64,000 nt of DNA from Thermoplasmata archaeon (GCA_035532555.1 DATKQS010000024.1:162262-226261); one strand, 5' to 3'. Positions 18,020 to 28,026 are shown, counted from the stretch's first letter. The notes: a model not told the origin generated them from the sequence alone. Made by a program: numbers and translations.

Positions 18020-18799
18020 TTACGAGCGCTTCCCCACGTGGTCGGCCCCGATCGCGTGGAGGAACTCCTCCTTCGTGACCTTGAAATCGAGCCCCTTGAA
18101 GAACTTCACGAAGTTCGCGATGTCGCGATCGAGGAGACGGCGCGCCTCGGGATGGTCCGCCGGGATCGCCTGGGCCACGTCGATGAGGACGCACTTGCCC
18201 TCCCAGTAGAGGACGTTCCACGGGGAGAGGTCGCCGTGCACCAGCCGCCCGGGCCGGATCATCAGGCTGAGCTGAGCCACCAGGTCCTCGTACAGGGCCG
18301 CCGGGTCGTCGACCGTGGCGTCCCGCAGTCGCGGGGCCGCACCTCCGTCGGTCCCGATGAACTCCATCACGAGCACGTTGCGGAAGTGGACGTACGGCTT
18401 GGGCACGCGCACCCCCGCGGCGGTGAGCTGGCCGAGGATCGTATGCTCGCGACGGGTCCAGGCGCTGATCAATCCTGCAAAGTTGCCGACGCTCGTCTCC
18501 CGCCCAAGCTGTTCCAGGGTGTAGGGAGGCAGGTGCCGGAACGTCGTGTTGCCGATGCGGTAGACCTTCACAGCGCGGTACTCACTACCCTTCGTCGCCC
18601 GGAAGACGCCGCCTTCCTTGCCCGTGGAGATCGGGTAGTCCACCGTGTCGAACGCTCCGCGGTGCATGAGCCGGGAGACCGCAAGGAGCGTGGCGTGGTC
18701 GAAGAACTCGTCCAGGACCTTGCGGTCCTGCGACTCCTTGCGCCGGTCTTCGAAACGCTCTTTGCGGCGGGGGAAGGCCATCTCCTGAGGATTGGTCAT
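18020..18799 (-). CDS. rio1: RIO1-type serine protein kinase
   Basis: 'STGKEGGVFRATKGSEYRAVKVYR' (glycine loop plus Lys), 'LVHGDLSPWNVL' (catalytic loop), 'IDVAQA' (metal-binding DFG-like region). Confidence 0.85.
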   Translation of the reverse strand: MTNPQEMAFPRRKERFEDRRKESQDRKVLDEFFDHATLLAVSRLMHRGAFDTVDYPISTGKEGGVFRATKGSEYRAVKVYRIGNTTFRHLPPYTLEQLGRETSVGNFAGLISAWTRREHTILGQLTAAGVRVPKPYVHFRNVLVMEFIGTDGGAAPRLRDATVDDPAALYEDLVAQLSLMIRPGRLVHGDLSPWNVLYWEGKCVLIDVAQAIPADHPEARRLLDRDIANFVKFFKGLDFKVTKEEFLHAIGADHVGKRS

Positions 18800-18853
18800 G
18801 ATGCGCGGCCGCCACCGCGCGAGGCATGATAGGTTGTCGGGAGTTCCTGGAGG

Positions 18854-19519
18854 GTGCCTCCGGCGAGCCGCTCGCCCGCCCCAGTAGGTGGTTCCTCCGT
18901 AACCACCGCTATATCAGGGATGGGCGACGTTGTTCAGGCGATGTCGATCCTGCCGCTCGCCCCGGGCACACCCCGGGTGGGGTCACCGGGCGTAGGCCCC
19001 GAACCGCCTGCATTCCCGCACGAGCCTCGGCCGTTCACCCTTGCCGTCACGCTCGACCGCCCCGCCGACTTCGACGCCGTCTTCCGGGTCGTGCGGGGAG
19101 CGGTCCACTACGTGCTCGGACAGGAGCGCCCGGGCCTCGGCCTCGCGCTATCGAACCTCCCACCCGCGGTCGGCGCGTACTGGCAGGTCGCCGGGAACGT
19201 GATCGTGATGAACGAAGGGCTCCTTCGGGCGATGCGGGAGCACGCGACCTCGACTCGGGAGTTCAACTCCTTCGTCTACGTGATCCTCGCCCACGAATAC
19301 CTGCACTCCATCGGCTACATCGACGAACGCTCGGTTCGGCAGGTGACGGCGCGGGTGACGCGCACCGCCTTCGGACCGGATCATCCGGCCACCCACATGG
19401 CCGAAGGCGACCTCTGGCAAATGTACCCTTTCCTCTCGTACGCCGCCGGAGGGGACGGGAGCCGGATCCGCATCGTTCCCCGGTTCGATCTCGCGAGCAC
19501 CCAGACCTACATCCGCTAG
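18854..19519 (+). CDS. hypothetical protein with HExxH zincin-like motif
   Basis: 'VYVILAHEYLHSIGY', Pro-rich N-terminal region. N-terminus uncertain. Putative metallopeptidase-like protein of unknown family. Confidence 0.4.
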   Translation: MPPASRSPAPVGGSSVTTAISGMGDVVQAMSILPLAPGTPRVGSPGVGPEPPAFPHEPRPFTLAVTLDRPADFDAVFRVVRGAVHYVLGQERPGLGLALSNLPPAVGAYWQVAGNVIVMNEGLLRAMREHATSTREFNSFVYVILAHEYLHSIGYIDERSVRQVTARVTRTAFGPDHPATHMAEGDLWQMYPFLSYAAGGDGSRIRIVPRFDLASTQTYIR

Positions 19520-19600
19520 CGACTCGGGGCGCGCCGGCGCCTGGGACCTCCGGTCAATCCTTATGGGCAGCCGACGGTTCGATGTCGCGGAGCCGCATCC

Positions 19601-20080
19601 GTGGTGGACGACACGATAGGGATCATCCTCCTGGTCGCGGGGATCATCCTGCTCGCGGCGGAGCTGATCCACCCCGGAGCGCTGCTGCTGATCCCGGCAT
19701 CGGTCCTCTTGATGGCGGGGTTCCTGTGGATCTTCCTTCCGAACGCCCTTCTCGACAGCGATTTTGGCATCATCCTGATCATCGTGGCCGCCGTCGCGGG
19801 GGCCCTGCTTGAGATTCCCTATTACAGGTGGGTGGCGCCCGTTCATGCTCCCATGTCGACCACGGTCGGAACGCTGGTCGGTCAGGAAGGCGTGATCATC
19901 GCCCCGGTGCTCCCGGACACTCTCCGCGGTAAGGTCCGCATCGGTTCGGAGGTCTGGTCCGCCCGCGCCGACGTGGCGATCGCTCCGGGGACCCACGTCC
20001 GGGTGGTCGGAGGCTCGGGCGTGTCGGTGTCGGTGGAAGTCATCGCATCGGTCTCGGAACCGTCGGGAGTACCCCCATGA
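19601..20080 (+). CDS. NfeD-like membrane protein (short form)
   Basis: Two N-terminal TM helices plus a C-terminal OB-fold ('VVGGSGVSVSVEV'). Immediately upstream of the SPFH gene, the classic NfeD-stomatin pair. Confidence 0.7.
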   Translation: MVDDTIGIILLVAGIILLAAELIHPGALLLIPASVLLMAGFLWIFLPNALLDSDFGIILIIVAAVAGALLEIPYYRWVAPVHAPMSTTVGTLVGQEGVIIAPVLPDTLRGKVRIGSEVWSARADVAIAPGTHVRVVGGSGVSVSVEVIASVSEPSGVPP

Positions 20081-20120
20081 CCGGTATCGAAACAGTTAGC
20101 TTCGCCCGTTCGCTGGGCCG

Positions 20121-21326
20121 GTGGCGCGTGGAGGGTTGATTCCGATGGATTACACGGGTCTGATCGTCGGGGTCGTCATCGCGCTGTTCGTACTCCTCGT
20201 TCTTCTGGCCCGGATGATCTACACGATCCAACCGTACCAGCAGGGGATCGTCACCCTGCTCGGATCCTACAAGCGCATCATCAACCCCGGGTTCAACATC
20301 GTCAGCCCGCTCGCCACCGTCCTCAAGATCGACCTGCGAACGCAGGTCCTCGAGGTCCCCCGTCAGGAAGTGATCACGAAGGACAACTCGCCCACGAACG
20401 TCGACGCGATCATCTACATCAAGGTCGTCGACGCGCCGAAGGCGATCTTCCAGGTACAGAACTACCACCTCGCTACCGTCGCGCTCGCGCAGACCACGCT
20501 CCGGTCCGTGATCGGCGACATGGAACTCGATGAGATCCTGTACAACCGCGAGCGGATCAACACCCGGCTGCGCGACATCCTCGACGAGGCGACGGACCGC
20601 TGGGGCGTCCGGGTCGAGGCGGTCGAGATCAAGGAAGTCGACCCGGTCGGCCCGGTTAAGACGGCGATGGAGGAACAGACCTCCGCCGAACGCCAGCGAC
20701 GCGCGGCCGTTCTGCGCGCCGACGGAGAGAAGCGCTCGGCGATCCTGGTCTCCGAGGGTCAGAAGCGCTCCCGCATCCTGCAAGCGGAAGGCGTGCGGCA
20801 GTCCGCCATCCTCGAGGCCGAGGGCCAGCGGGTGGCTACGATCCTTCAGGCGCAGGGAGAGGCCCAGCGCTTGCGCATCCTCGCTCTCGGCGCGACCGCG
20901 CTCGATGCGAAGGCCCTCACGGTGCTCTCGCTCGACACCCTACAGCGGGTGGGCGATGGTCAGGCCACCAAGATCCTCTTCCCCTTCGAGTTCACGCGCC
21001 TGATGGAGGGCGCCTCGGAGTACCTCGGCGCCGGGCGGCAAACCCCCGACCGCCCACTCAACTCGATGGAGGACCTCGAGAAACACATCGGAACGATGGA
21101 CAGCATCCTCGGGCCGATCCCACGACAGGAAGAACTCCTGACGGAGATCCAATCGATCGAGGACGAGATCAAGGCGGAGTCCGCCGAGTCGACCCGGATG
21201 GTGGCTCCCTTCGGCCACAGCGCGAAGACCCCGACGCCGGATCTGCCGGGCGCCGACGACATCGCACCGGTACCGCCCCCCACCCCTCCAAAGAAGGCTC
21301 CCCCGACGTCGACCGAGCGGCCGTAG
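20121..21326 (+). CDS. SPFH/Band-7 (stomatin/prohibitin-like) protein
   Basis: 'YQQGIVTLLGSYKRIINPGFNIVSPLATVLKIDLRTQVLEVPRQEVITKDN' is the SPFH core. Long coiled-coil/Ala-Glu-rich C-terminal region. Confidence 0.85.
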   Translation: MARGGLIPMDYTGLIVGVVIALFVLLVLLARMIYTIQPYQQGIVTLLGSYKRIINPGFNIVSPLATVLKIDLRTQVLEVPRQEVITKDNSPTNVDAIIYIKVVDAPKAIFQVQNYHLATVALAQTTLRSVIGDMELDEILYNRERINTRLRDILDEATDRWGVRVEAVEIKEVDPVGPVKTAMEEQTSAERQRRAAVLRADGEKRSAILVSEGQKRSRILQAEGVRQSAILEAEGQRVATILQAQGEAQRLRILALGATALDAKALTVLSLDTLQRVGDGQATKILFPFEFTRLMEGASEYLGAGRQTPDRPLNSMEDLEKHIGTMDSILGPIPRQEELLTEIQSIEDEIKAESAESTRMVAPFGHSAKTPTPDLPGADDIAPVPPPTPPKKAPPTSTERP

Positions 21327-21391
21327 GACTTCCGGCCCGTCGTCCCCGATGGGCCTATATGGGCCGGAGCCCCGAAGGGACCGGGACGAGT

Positions 21392-22180
21392 ATGGAGCCG
21401 ATCCGAGCCGGGCGCGACGGGGCCGTCTTCACGATCACGATCAACCGGCCCGAGCGGCGCAACGCGCTCGATGTCCTGTCGATGACCTCGCTGCGCGAAG
21501 CGCTCCAGCGCGCGAGCCTCGACACCGCCGCCCGGGTCGTGGTGCTGACCGGAGCCGGTGACTCGTTCAGCGCGGGCGGAGACGTGTCCGTCATGGAGGA
21601 AGCGCGGGCCACCGGAACGCTCCCGAAGCTGTTCCACGAACTCACGGCCGAGATGGAGCACGCCATCCGCGAGATCGTCAGCATGCCGAAGCCGGTGCTC
21701 GCGTCCCTGCCGGGCGTGGCGGCCGGCGGTGGTCTATCCCTCGCGCTCGCGGCCGATTGGCGCATCGCGAGCGACTCCGCCGTCCTAGTGCCGGCGTTCT
21801 CCCAGCTCGGGGCGGTCCCGGACGGCGGACTGACCTACTTCCTTCCCCACTACCTCGGTATCGGGCTCGCTCAACAGATGTTGTTCTCGAACGCGCGCAT
21901 CCCGGCCGCGCGGGCGCTCGAGCTCGGGCTCGTCCACGAAGTGCTCGCGCCCGGGGCTCTGGAGCAGCGTCGCATCGAACGGGCGGACGAACTCGCCCGC
22001 GGACCGACGTTCGCCTACGGATGGACCAAGCGGCTTCTCCATTCGGCATTCACCGAACGCATCGAGGGGCAGATGGCGCTCGAGCGCCGAGGCGCGGTCG
22101 AGGCGGCCCGCGGGCCGGAGCTCGCCGAGGGCATCCGCGCGTTCCGCGAGAAGCGCCCGCCGAAGTTCCCGTCGCAGTAG
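21392..22180 (+). CDS. enoyl-CoA hydratase/isomerase (crotonase) family protein
   Basis: 'VFTITINRPERRNALD...VVVLTGAGDSFSAGGD' is the crotonase oxyanion-hole pattern. Confidence 0.8.
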   Translation: MEPIRAGRDGAVFTITINRPERRNALDVLSMTSLREALQRASLDTAARVVVLTGAGDSFSAGGDVSVMEEARATGTLPKLFHELTAEMEHAIREIVSMPKPVLASLPGVAAGGGLSLALAADWRIASDSAVLVPAFSQLGAVPDGGLTYFLPHYLGIGLAQQMLFSNARIPAARALELGLVHEVLAPGALEQRRIERADELARGPTFAYGWTKRLLHSAFTERIEGQMALERRGAVEAARGPELAEGIRAFREKRPPKFPSQ

Positions 22181-22201
22181 CGTTCGCGGGACCGCCGAGC
22201 C

Positions 22202-22819
22202 TCAGGCGGGAGTCGGCCAGGGACGGGCCAGTTTCTCTTCCAGGCTCCGGCGCACGGCCGGCCACTCGGACTCGAGGATGCTGTAGAGCACGGAAGAGCG
22301 CCACACGCCGTCCGGCATGAGCACGTCCTCGCGCATCTGGCCCTCCCGGACCGCTCCCAGCCGCTCGATGGCCCGCTGCGAGCGTACGTTCCGCGCATCG
22401 GTCTGGAGCTGGACCCGGTGGACGTGCTCGACGTCGAAGGCATGGTGGAGGAGCAGGTACTTCGCCTCGGTGTTCAGAGGGGTCCGCCAGTAGGCGGGAT
22501 CGTACCAGGTCCCACCGATCTCTACGCCACGACTTTCCCGATCGACCCGTAGGAACCGGGTCATCCCGACCGGCTCGTGGCCGGGCAACCGCCGGACCGT
22601 GAAGCAGAGATCGGTACCCGCTCGTTGACGCTCGAGCAGTACTCCGATCTGAGCGGTCATCGCAGAAAGCGTCGTCGCGGCGCCGGATCGGATGTACGTC
22701 CAAACCTTCGGATCTCGACCGGCTTCCGAGAGCGCCGGGGCGTGTTCGGTCTGGAGTGGGACCAGCTCCAGGTGCTTCCCGACCAGCGCGAGCGGCGGCC
22801 GGAACTCCGGTTCACGCAT
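22202..22819 (-). CDS. GNAT-family N-acetyltransferase (RimL-like)
   Basis: 'LELVPLQTEHAPAL...RVQLQTDARNVRSQRAIERLG' is a GNAT fold. Confidence 0.75.
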   Translation of the reverse strand: MREPEFRPPLALVGKHLELVPLQTEHAPALSEAGRDPKVWTYIRSGAATTLSAMTAQIGVLLERQRAGTDLCFTVRRLPGHEPVGMTRFLRVDRESRGVEIGGTWYDPAYWRTPLNTEAKYLLLHHAFDVEHVHRVQLQTDARNVRSQRAIERLGAVREGQMREDVLMPDGVWRSSVLYSILESEWPAVRRSLEEKLARPWPTPA

Positions 22820-22915
22820 ACGAACGCCATCAGGATGCCCGGAAGATAACGGGGTCCGGTCCCCGTCAGCCCCGCGGCAGGAAATCGGCCCGTTCGCCCG
22901 AACCCGGGTCAGGCC

Positions 22916-22923
22916 TTAAATAA
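22916..22923 (+). promoter_or_regulatory. TATA-like box (TTAAATAA) of the nuo operon promoter
   Basis: About 50 bp upstream of the nuoA ATG. A GGAGG Shine-Dalgarno motif sits 8 nt before the ATG, so this operon has a leader. Confidence 0.45.
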
Positions 22924-22973
22924 CGAAATGGGGTCCAACGGAACAGAGGCCGACCGGAAGGAGGGCAGCACGG

Positions 22974-23339
22974 ATGGACGCGGGACTGGACACTTTCCTC
23001 GTCTTCGCCGGCATCGCGGCCGCCTTCGGCATCGGCTCGATCTTCGCGAACCGCATGCTCGGGGCGAAGCGACGGCGCTCCTACCTTCAGCTCACGACGT
23101 ACGAATGCGGCGAGGAGGCCGAGGGTGAGGCGCAGATCGACTTCCCCACCCAGCACTACGCTTTCGCGATCGTGTTCGTCGCGGTCGACGTGATCGGGTT
23201 CATTCTCGCGCTGTGGGCGCTGACGTTCCGGGGCGTCAACTCCTCCTGGTACCCCGCCTTCATCGCCTTCGGGTTCGCAATTCTGGCGATCATCGGCATC
23301 TACTACGCGCTCAGCGGCGAGCGCCGGTGGGTCGTATGA
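22974..23339 (+). CDS. nuoA: NADH-quinone oxidoreductase subunit A
   Basis: 121 aa, three TM helices, '[30 protein letters not shown]'. Confidence 0.85.
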   Translation: MDAGLDTFLVFAGIAAAFGIGSIFANRMLGAKRRRSYLQLTTYECGEEAEGEAQIDFPTQHYAFAIVFVAVDVIGFILALWALTFRGVNSSWYPAFIAFGFAILAIIGIYYALSGERRWVV

Positions 23340-23953
23340 GCGCGGCTCCCGAGAACGTCCCTCGACCGCTGGCTCCCGCCCCCGCCATGCCGTCCTCGGT
23401 CCTTCCGATGGCCGACGCGGCCCCCGCCGTTCCGTTCCTTGAGATTGAGGCGCTCCGCGCCCAGCAGTTTATCCCCGCCGCGAAGGAGGCCCTCGGCGCC
23501 ATGATCGCGGAGCAAGGCCGGGACAAGCTGACCCGGCCCATCTTCAACTGGGCCGGACGGAACTCGCTCTTCCCACTCCACTGGGGCCTCGCCTGCTGCG
23601 CGATCGAGTTCGCGGCGGCGTTCGGCGCCCGCTGGGATGCGGAGCGCTTCGGGGTCGTGCCGCGCTCGTCTCCGCGCCAGTGCGACCTCATGATCGTCAA
23701 CGGGACCGTGACGTGGAAGGTGGCGCACAAGCTCGTCACGCTCTACGAGCAGATGCCCGAGCCGAAGTGGGTCATCGCGATGGGCAACTGCGCCACCGGC
23801 GGTGGCCCGTTCCGGACGGCGTACTCGGTCGTGCCTGGCGTCGACAAGCTCGTCCCCGTGGACCTCTACATCGCCGGGTGCCCGCCGCGCCCGGAGGCGA
23901 TGCTCGATGGGATCTTGAAGCTCGAACAGCTCATTCGGGAGCGAAAGGAGTAG
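23336..23953 (+). CDS. nuoB: NADH-quinone oxidoreductase subunit B (20-kDa, N2 cluster)
   Basis: '[11 protein letters not shown]' and '[11 protein letters not shown]...GCPPRPE' (Cys ligands of cluster N2). ATGA overlap with nuoA; the track ORF is extended upstream in frame. Confidence 0.9.
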   Translation: MSAAPENVPRPLAPAPAMPSSVLPMADAAPAVPFLEIEALRAQQFIPAAKEALGAMIAEQGRDKLTRPIFNWAGRNSLFPLHWGLACCAIEFAAAFGARWDAERFGVVPRSSPRQCDLMIVNGTVTWKVAHKLVTLYEQMPEPKWVIAMGNCATGGGPFRTAYSVVPGVDKLVPVDLYIAGCPPRPEAMLDGILKLEQLIRERKE

Positions 23954-23989
23954 TCCCGCTCGGGACTCCGCGGGCGCTGTAGGGGAGGT

Positions 23990-24466
23990 ATGGCAGCGGA
24001 GGAGTGGGCTCAGGAACTCGCTCGTCACCTCGGCGACCGGATGCTCTCGCTCATCCCGTTTGCCCGGACGCTCGGCCGAGTGAAGTTCCGCCCGGAGGCG
24101 GCGCTGGAGGTCTTCCGCGCGGTGCACGACGACCTCGGCTTCGACCATCTGTCGATGGTCGGCGGCATCGATTGGGTGGACCACCGCGAGGTCATCTACA
24201 CGGTCTGGTCCGATCGCCGCGTCGCTTACCTGTTCTTGTCGGCCGACCTGGTCGGAGACGCCCCGCACATCGAAACCGCGAGCGCGGTGTGGCCCGGCGC
24301 GAACTGGCACGAACGAGAGACCTGGGAGCTCGTCGGGATCCAGTTCGACCACCACCCGGACCTGCGCCACCTCTTGATGCCGGATGGGTACGCGTTCAAC
24401 CCGCTGCTCCGCTCCTTCAAGCTTCACGAGCCAGAGGAACTGGAGGTGAAGACGCGCCATGTCTGA
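23990..24466 (+). CDS. nuoC: NADH-quinone oxidoreductase subunit C (30-kDa)
   Basis: 'ETWELVGIQFDHHPDLRHLLMPDGY' is the NuoC signature. Confidence 0.85.
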   Translation: MAAEEWAQELARHLGDRMLSLIPFARTLGRVKFRPEAALEVFRAVHDDLGFDHLSMVGGIDWVDHREVIYTVWSDRRVAYLFLSADLVGDAPHIETASAVWPGANWHERETWELVGIQFDHHPDLRHLLMPDGYAFNPLLRSFKLHEPEELEVKTRHV

Positions 24467-25604
24467 GATGTGGATCAACATGGGGCCCCAGCACCCCATG
24501 ACGCATGGCCTGTGGAATCTCCGCGTGAAGATCGACGGGGAGCAGGTCCTGGACGTCGACCCCGAGATGGGATACCTGCATCGAGGGATCGAGAAGATCA
24601 GCGAGGATCGTCACTACAACGAAGTGATCACCCTGATGGATCGTTGCTGCTACGTCGCCGGACTGTCCTGGGAGCACCTGTACGTCCTCGCGGCGGAGCA
24701 GGCGCTCCACGTCGAGCCGCCCGAGCGCGCCGAGTACATCCGCGTGATGAGCGACGAGTTCCAGCGGATCGGTTCCCACGTGATGTGGTACGCCGCCTTT
24801 GTCCAGGACATCGGGCTGATGACGCCGTTCCTCTATGGGATGCGGGACCGCGATCTCGTCCTCGATCTCTTCCAGAGCTACACGGGCGCCCGGATGACAT
24901 GCGAGTACATGCGGGTCGGCGGAGTTCGCAACGATCTGCCTCCGGGGTTCATCGGCGAGGCGCGCAAGGTCTGCGACTGGCTCATGGACCGCTTCGTCGA
25001 GTACGACCAGCTCTGCCTCAACTCCGACATCTTCCACAAGCGCTGCGACGGCCTCGGCGTGATGAACGCGCGGGCCTGCATCGATCACGGGATCACCGGT
25101 CCGATGCTCCGAAGCGCGGGCGTCCGCCGCGACCTGAGGAAGGACCGGCCCTACTCGGCGTACGACCGGCTCGAGTTCGATGTCGCCCTCGCGGAGGCGG
25201 GGGACGTGACGGCGCGCTACCTCGTACGGATGGAGGAGATGCGCCAGTCGATCCGAATCATCCGCCAGACGCTCGACTGGCTCGAGCACCACCCGGGGCC
25301 GGTGCTGGCGCAGGAGCTTCCCCGCTGGCTCGGAGCGCCGTACGCTCCCGTCGGCCGGGAGGGTTACCTGCTCAAGCGCAACTATCCGAAGGGGCTCGGC
25401 TTCTCCGCGATCGAGGAGCCGCACGGCGAGGCGCTCGCCTACGTGGTGAACGAAGGATCCGAGCACCCCTATCGCGTAAAGTTCCGCTCGCCCGTGTTCG
25501 CCAACGTCAGCGCGGCCCGGCAGTACCTGGTCGGCTACCGGGTCGCCGACATCCCCCCCATCATGGGCAGCGTCGACGTCTGCGTCGGGGAAGTCGACCG
25601 GTAG
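24459..25604 (+). CDS. nuoD: NADH-quinone oxidoreductase subunit D (49-kDa)
   Basis: 'MNMGPQHPMTHGLWNLRVKIDGE...HRGIEK' is canonical NuoD/NiFe-hydrogenase large-subunit-like. Confidence 0.9.
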   Translation: MSEMWINMGPQHPMTHGLWNLRVKIDGEQVLDVDPEMGYLHRGIEKISEDRHYNEVITLMDRCCYVAGLSWEHLYVLAAEQALHVEPPERAEYIRVMSDEFQRIGSHVMWYAAFVQDIGLMTPFLYGMRDRDLVLDLFQSYTGARMTCEYMRVGGVRNDLPPGFIGEARKVCDWLMDRFVEYDQLCLNSDIFHKRCDGLGVMNARACIDHGITGPMLRSAGVRRDLRKDRPYSAYDRLEFDVALAEAGDVTARYLVRMEEMRQSIRIIRQTLDWLEHHPGPVLAQELPRWLGAPYAPVGREGYLLKRNYPKGLGFSAIEEPHGEALAYVVNEGSEHPYRVKFRSPVFANVSAARQYLVGYRVADIPPIMGSVDVCVGEVDR

Positions 25605-25619
25605 GAGGGCGCACGATCG

Positions 25620-26747
25620 ATGACCACTTCGCTGCTTTCCGTCTCCACCGCTCTCTCGTCGATCCTGCTCAACGGCGTGGGATCGATCTTTCCGGCGCCG
25701 ATCCAGGGTTGGCTGACGAACGGGAACACGATCGATGCGCTGGGGATCCTGATCTTCGGGGTCATCCTGCTCGCCGCGAGCATGCTCAACACGATCTTCC
25801 TGATCTGGTGGGAGCGCAAGCTCCTCGGGCGGTTCATGGACCGGCGCGGCGCGATGCACGTCGGCTACGCCGGGCTCCTGCAGAACTTCGCGGACGGGTT
25901 CAAACTGTTCCGCAAGGACACCGTGCGCCCCCGGGACGCGGATTCGATGGGGTTCTTCGTCGGCCCGACCGCCTACCTCGTCACGAGCCTCGTCATCTTC
26001 GCCATCCTCCCCATCTCCACGGGATGGAATTCCGGGAATCTCCCCCTGAGCCTCCTGCTCGCGATCACGATCTTCTCCTTCGCGCCGCTCTTCATCTTCA
26101 TCAGCGCCTGGTCGAGCAACAACAAGTACTCGCTGATCGGCGGGATGCGCTCCGCCGCGCAGATGATCGCTTACGAGGTCCCGATCCTCCTCGCGATCGT
26201 CGCCGTCGTCATCGTTTCCGGCACGTTCAGCCTCGACACGATCGTCGCCGAACAGCAGAACTACTGGTACTGGGGACCGCTCTTCCTCGCGATGGTCGTC
26301 TTCGTCGCCGGAATGCTCGCCGAGATGGAACGGATCCCGTTCGATCTCCCCGAGGCCGAGGCGGAGCTGGTCGAGGGTTGGAACACCGAGTACGGCGGGA
26401 TGATGTTTGCGTACTTCATGCTCACCGACTACGTTCGAGTCCTCCTCGGATGCTTCCTCATCGTCCTGCTCTTCCTCGGCGGCTGGACGATGCCGAGCTG
26501 GGTGCCGAGCGCCTGGACGAGCTTCCCGCTCGCGGGCATCTTCTGGTTCATGCTCAAGGCCTACGCGGTGTTCACCGTCTTCGTCTGGATCCGAGCCTCG
26601 CTGCCTCGCGTGCGCACCGACCAGCTCCTCCGTGTGGGCTGGAACCGCATGATCCCGCTCAGCCTCGTTTCGATCGTGCTCGCGGCGGGACTCGTCCTCG
26701 CCAAGTGCATCCCGGTCTTCGGTTGCCTCCCGAACCTGGGGGGATGA
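25620..26747 (+). CDS. nuoH: NADH-quinone oxidoreductase subunit H
   Basis: 'WWERKLLGRFMDRRGAMHVGYAGLLQNFADGFKLFRKD' is the NuoH/ND1 signature; 8 TM helices. Confidence 0.9.
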   Translation: MTTSLLSVSTALSSILLNGVGSIFPAPIQGWLTNGNTIDALGILIFGVILLAASMLNTIFLIWWERKLLGRFMDRRGAMHVGYAGLLQNFADGFKLFRKDTVRPRDADSMGFFVGPTAYLVTSLVIFAILPISTGWNSGNLPLSLLLAITIFSFAPLFIFISAWSSNNKYSLIGGMRSAAQMIAYEVPILLAIVAVVIVSGTFSLDTIVAEQQNYWYWGPLFLAMVVFVAGMLAEMERIPFDLPEAEAELVEGWNTEYGGMMFAYFMLTDYVRVLLGCFLIVLLFLGGWTMPSWVPSAWTSFPLAGIFWFMLKAYAVFTVFVWIRASLPRVRTDQLLRVGWNRMIPLSLVSIVLAAGLVLAKCIPVFGCLPNLGG

Positions 26748-27541
26748 GCAGGCAACGATCCATGGCGGGTGCACAGGCCGAGGAGAAAACGAAGCCGAGC
26801 CGGTCGATCCTGTGGGTCGCCCGGCCGATGCTCACGGCGGCCCGTCAGTTCGGTCGCAGCCTCATCCGGCCGAGCACGATCGTCTACCCGTTCGAGCGCC
26901 TCGAGGACCCGAAGTTCCGCGACCGCGTCGGGGTCGGCTCCGGCATGCCCATCGGGGTCGGGCACATCTGGGACAACTACCGAGGCGTGCACGCGCTGAA
27001 CATCGCCACGTGCATCAGCTGCAACCTGTGCGCGTTCAGCTGCCCGGATCTGTGCATCGACATGGTCACGGTCCCCGGTGGGGACCCGAAGCACCCGAAG
27101 AAGAGCCCCCAGATCGACTACGGAAAGTGCAGCTACTGCGGCTTCTGCTCGGACGCCTGCCCCGAGGGCTGCCTCACGATGACCACGCGCTACGAGCTGT
27201 CGGTCACCAAGCGCGCGGAGATGGTCTACTCCCCCCAGAAGCTCCAGGAAGTCTTCGAGCGAAAGCTTCCGATGAATCCGGTCCGCGTCGAGCGGCCGGC
27301 GAACGAGGACGCGATCCTGCTCGAACCGCCGCTGTGCATCGGATGCAACGCATGCGCGCGGGACTGCCCCACCAATTGCATCACCATGCTCGATATCCCG
27401 AAGGCCGAGCCGAAGCCCGGGGAGAAGGTCGCGAAGCGGATCTGGAAGGAGCCGGTCGTTAACGATTCCGACTGCGTGCGCTGCGGTACCTGCATCAGCG
27501 TCTGCCCGAAGGAATGCCTGTTCTGGGGGACTCGCACGTGA
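26744..27541 (+). CDS. nuoI: NADH-quinone oxidoreductase subunit I with an additional C-terminal 2x[4Fe-4S] ferredoxin domain (four Cys clusters in total)
   Basis: 'CISCNLCAFSCP' and 'CSYCGFCSDACP' form the NuoI core; 'CIGCNACARDCP' and 'CVRCGTCISVCP' form the extra domain. It is the in-frame tail of the 1023-aa off-frame track ORF. ATGA overlap with nuoH. Confidence 0.85.
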   Translation: MSRQRSMAGAQAEEKTKPSRSILWVARPMLTAARQFGRSLIRPSTIVYPFERLEDPKFRDRVGVGSGMPIGVGHIWDNYRGVHALNIATCISCNLCAFSCPDLCIDMVTVPGGDPKHPKKSPQIDYGKCSYCGFCSDACPEGCLTMTTRYELSVTKRAEMVYSPQKLQEVFERKLPMNPVRVERPANEDAILLEPPLCIGCNACARDCPTNCITMLDIPKAEPKPGEKVAKRIWKEPVVNDSDCVRCGTCISVCPKECLFWGTRT

Positions 27542-28026
27542 GCCCCGAGGAACTGGCGTTCCTCGCCCTCGCCTTGATCGCGATTGTCACGGGCACGCTG
27601 GCCCTGCTCGTGCGCGAATTGATCCACACGATCGTCTGGATCGGGGTGTTCTTCGTCGACCTCGCCGCGCTCTACTTCCTCCTCCTCGCCCCCTTCCTGG
27701 GGGTCCTCCAGCTCGGCGTGTACGCCGGCGCGGTGACGATCCTGCTCCTGTTCGGTATCATGGTCACGCGCAAGCGGATCTTCTCCCGGGAGGCCGCGAC
27801 CGGGATCACGGCGGTTCCGGTGGCGCTCGCCGTCGTGGCGTTCATCTTCCTGCTGATCGCCTTACCCGAGTTCCCCCAAGGTGAGCTCACCGTCCGTTCC
27901 TACGACCCGTCCCTCCTCTCCCAGAACCTCTTCGGCCCCGGGGGGCCGTGGCTCCTCCTTCTCGGTCTCGTGATGCTCAGCGCGCTGATCGGCGCGATCT
28001 ACCTCGTACGGGAGGGTCGCGAATAG
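27514..28026 (+). CDS. nuoJ: NADH-quinone oxidoreductase subunit J
   Basis: Five TM helices; 'LQLGVYAGAVTILLLFGIM' is ND6-like. Start may instead be the GTG at 27538, giving a GTGA overlap with the nuoI stop. Confidence 0.8.
   Translation: MPVLGDSHVSPEELAFLALALIAIVTGTLALLVRELIHTIVWIGVFFVDLAALYFLLLAPFLGVLQLGVYAGAVTILLLFGIMVTRKRIFSREAATGITAVPVALAVVAFIFLLIALPEFPQGELTVRSYDPSLLSQNLFGPGGPWLLLLGLVMLSALIGAIYLVREGRE

Noticed and set aside
16462-18078. 538-aa plus-strand ORF antisense to priS and the KH gene
   Set aside because: Antisense artefact (Arg/Asp/Gly-rich). priS and KH motifs are clear on the minus strand.
24470-27541. 1023-aa plus-strand ORF spanning nuoD, nuoH and nuoI
   Set aside because: It is an off-frame read-through of nuoD and nuoH (Arg-rich junk). 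Only its last roughly 265 codons are real, and these are annotated as the extended NuoI.
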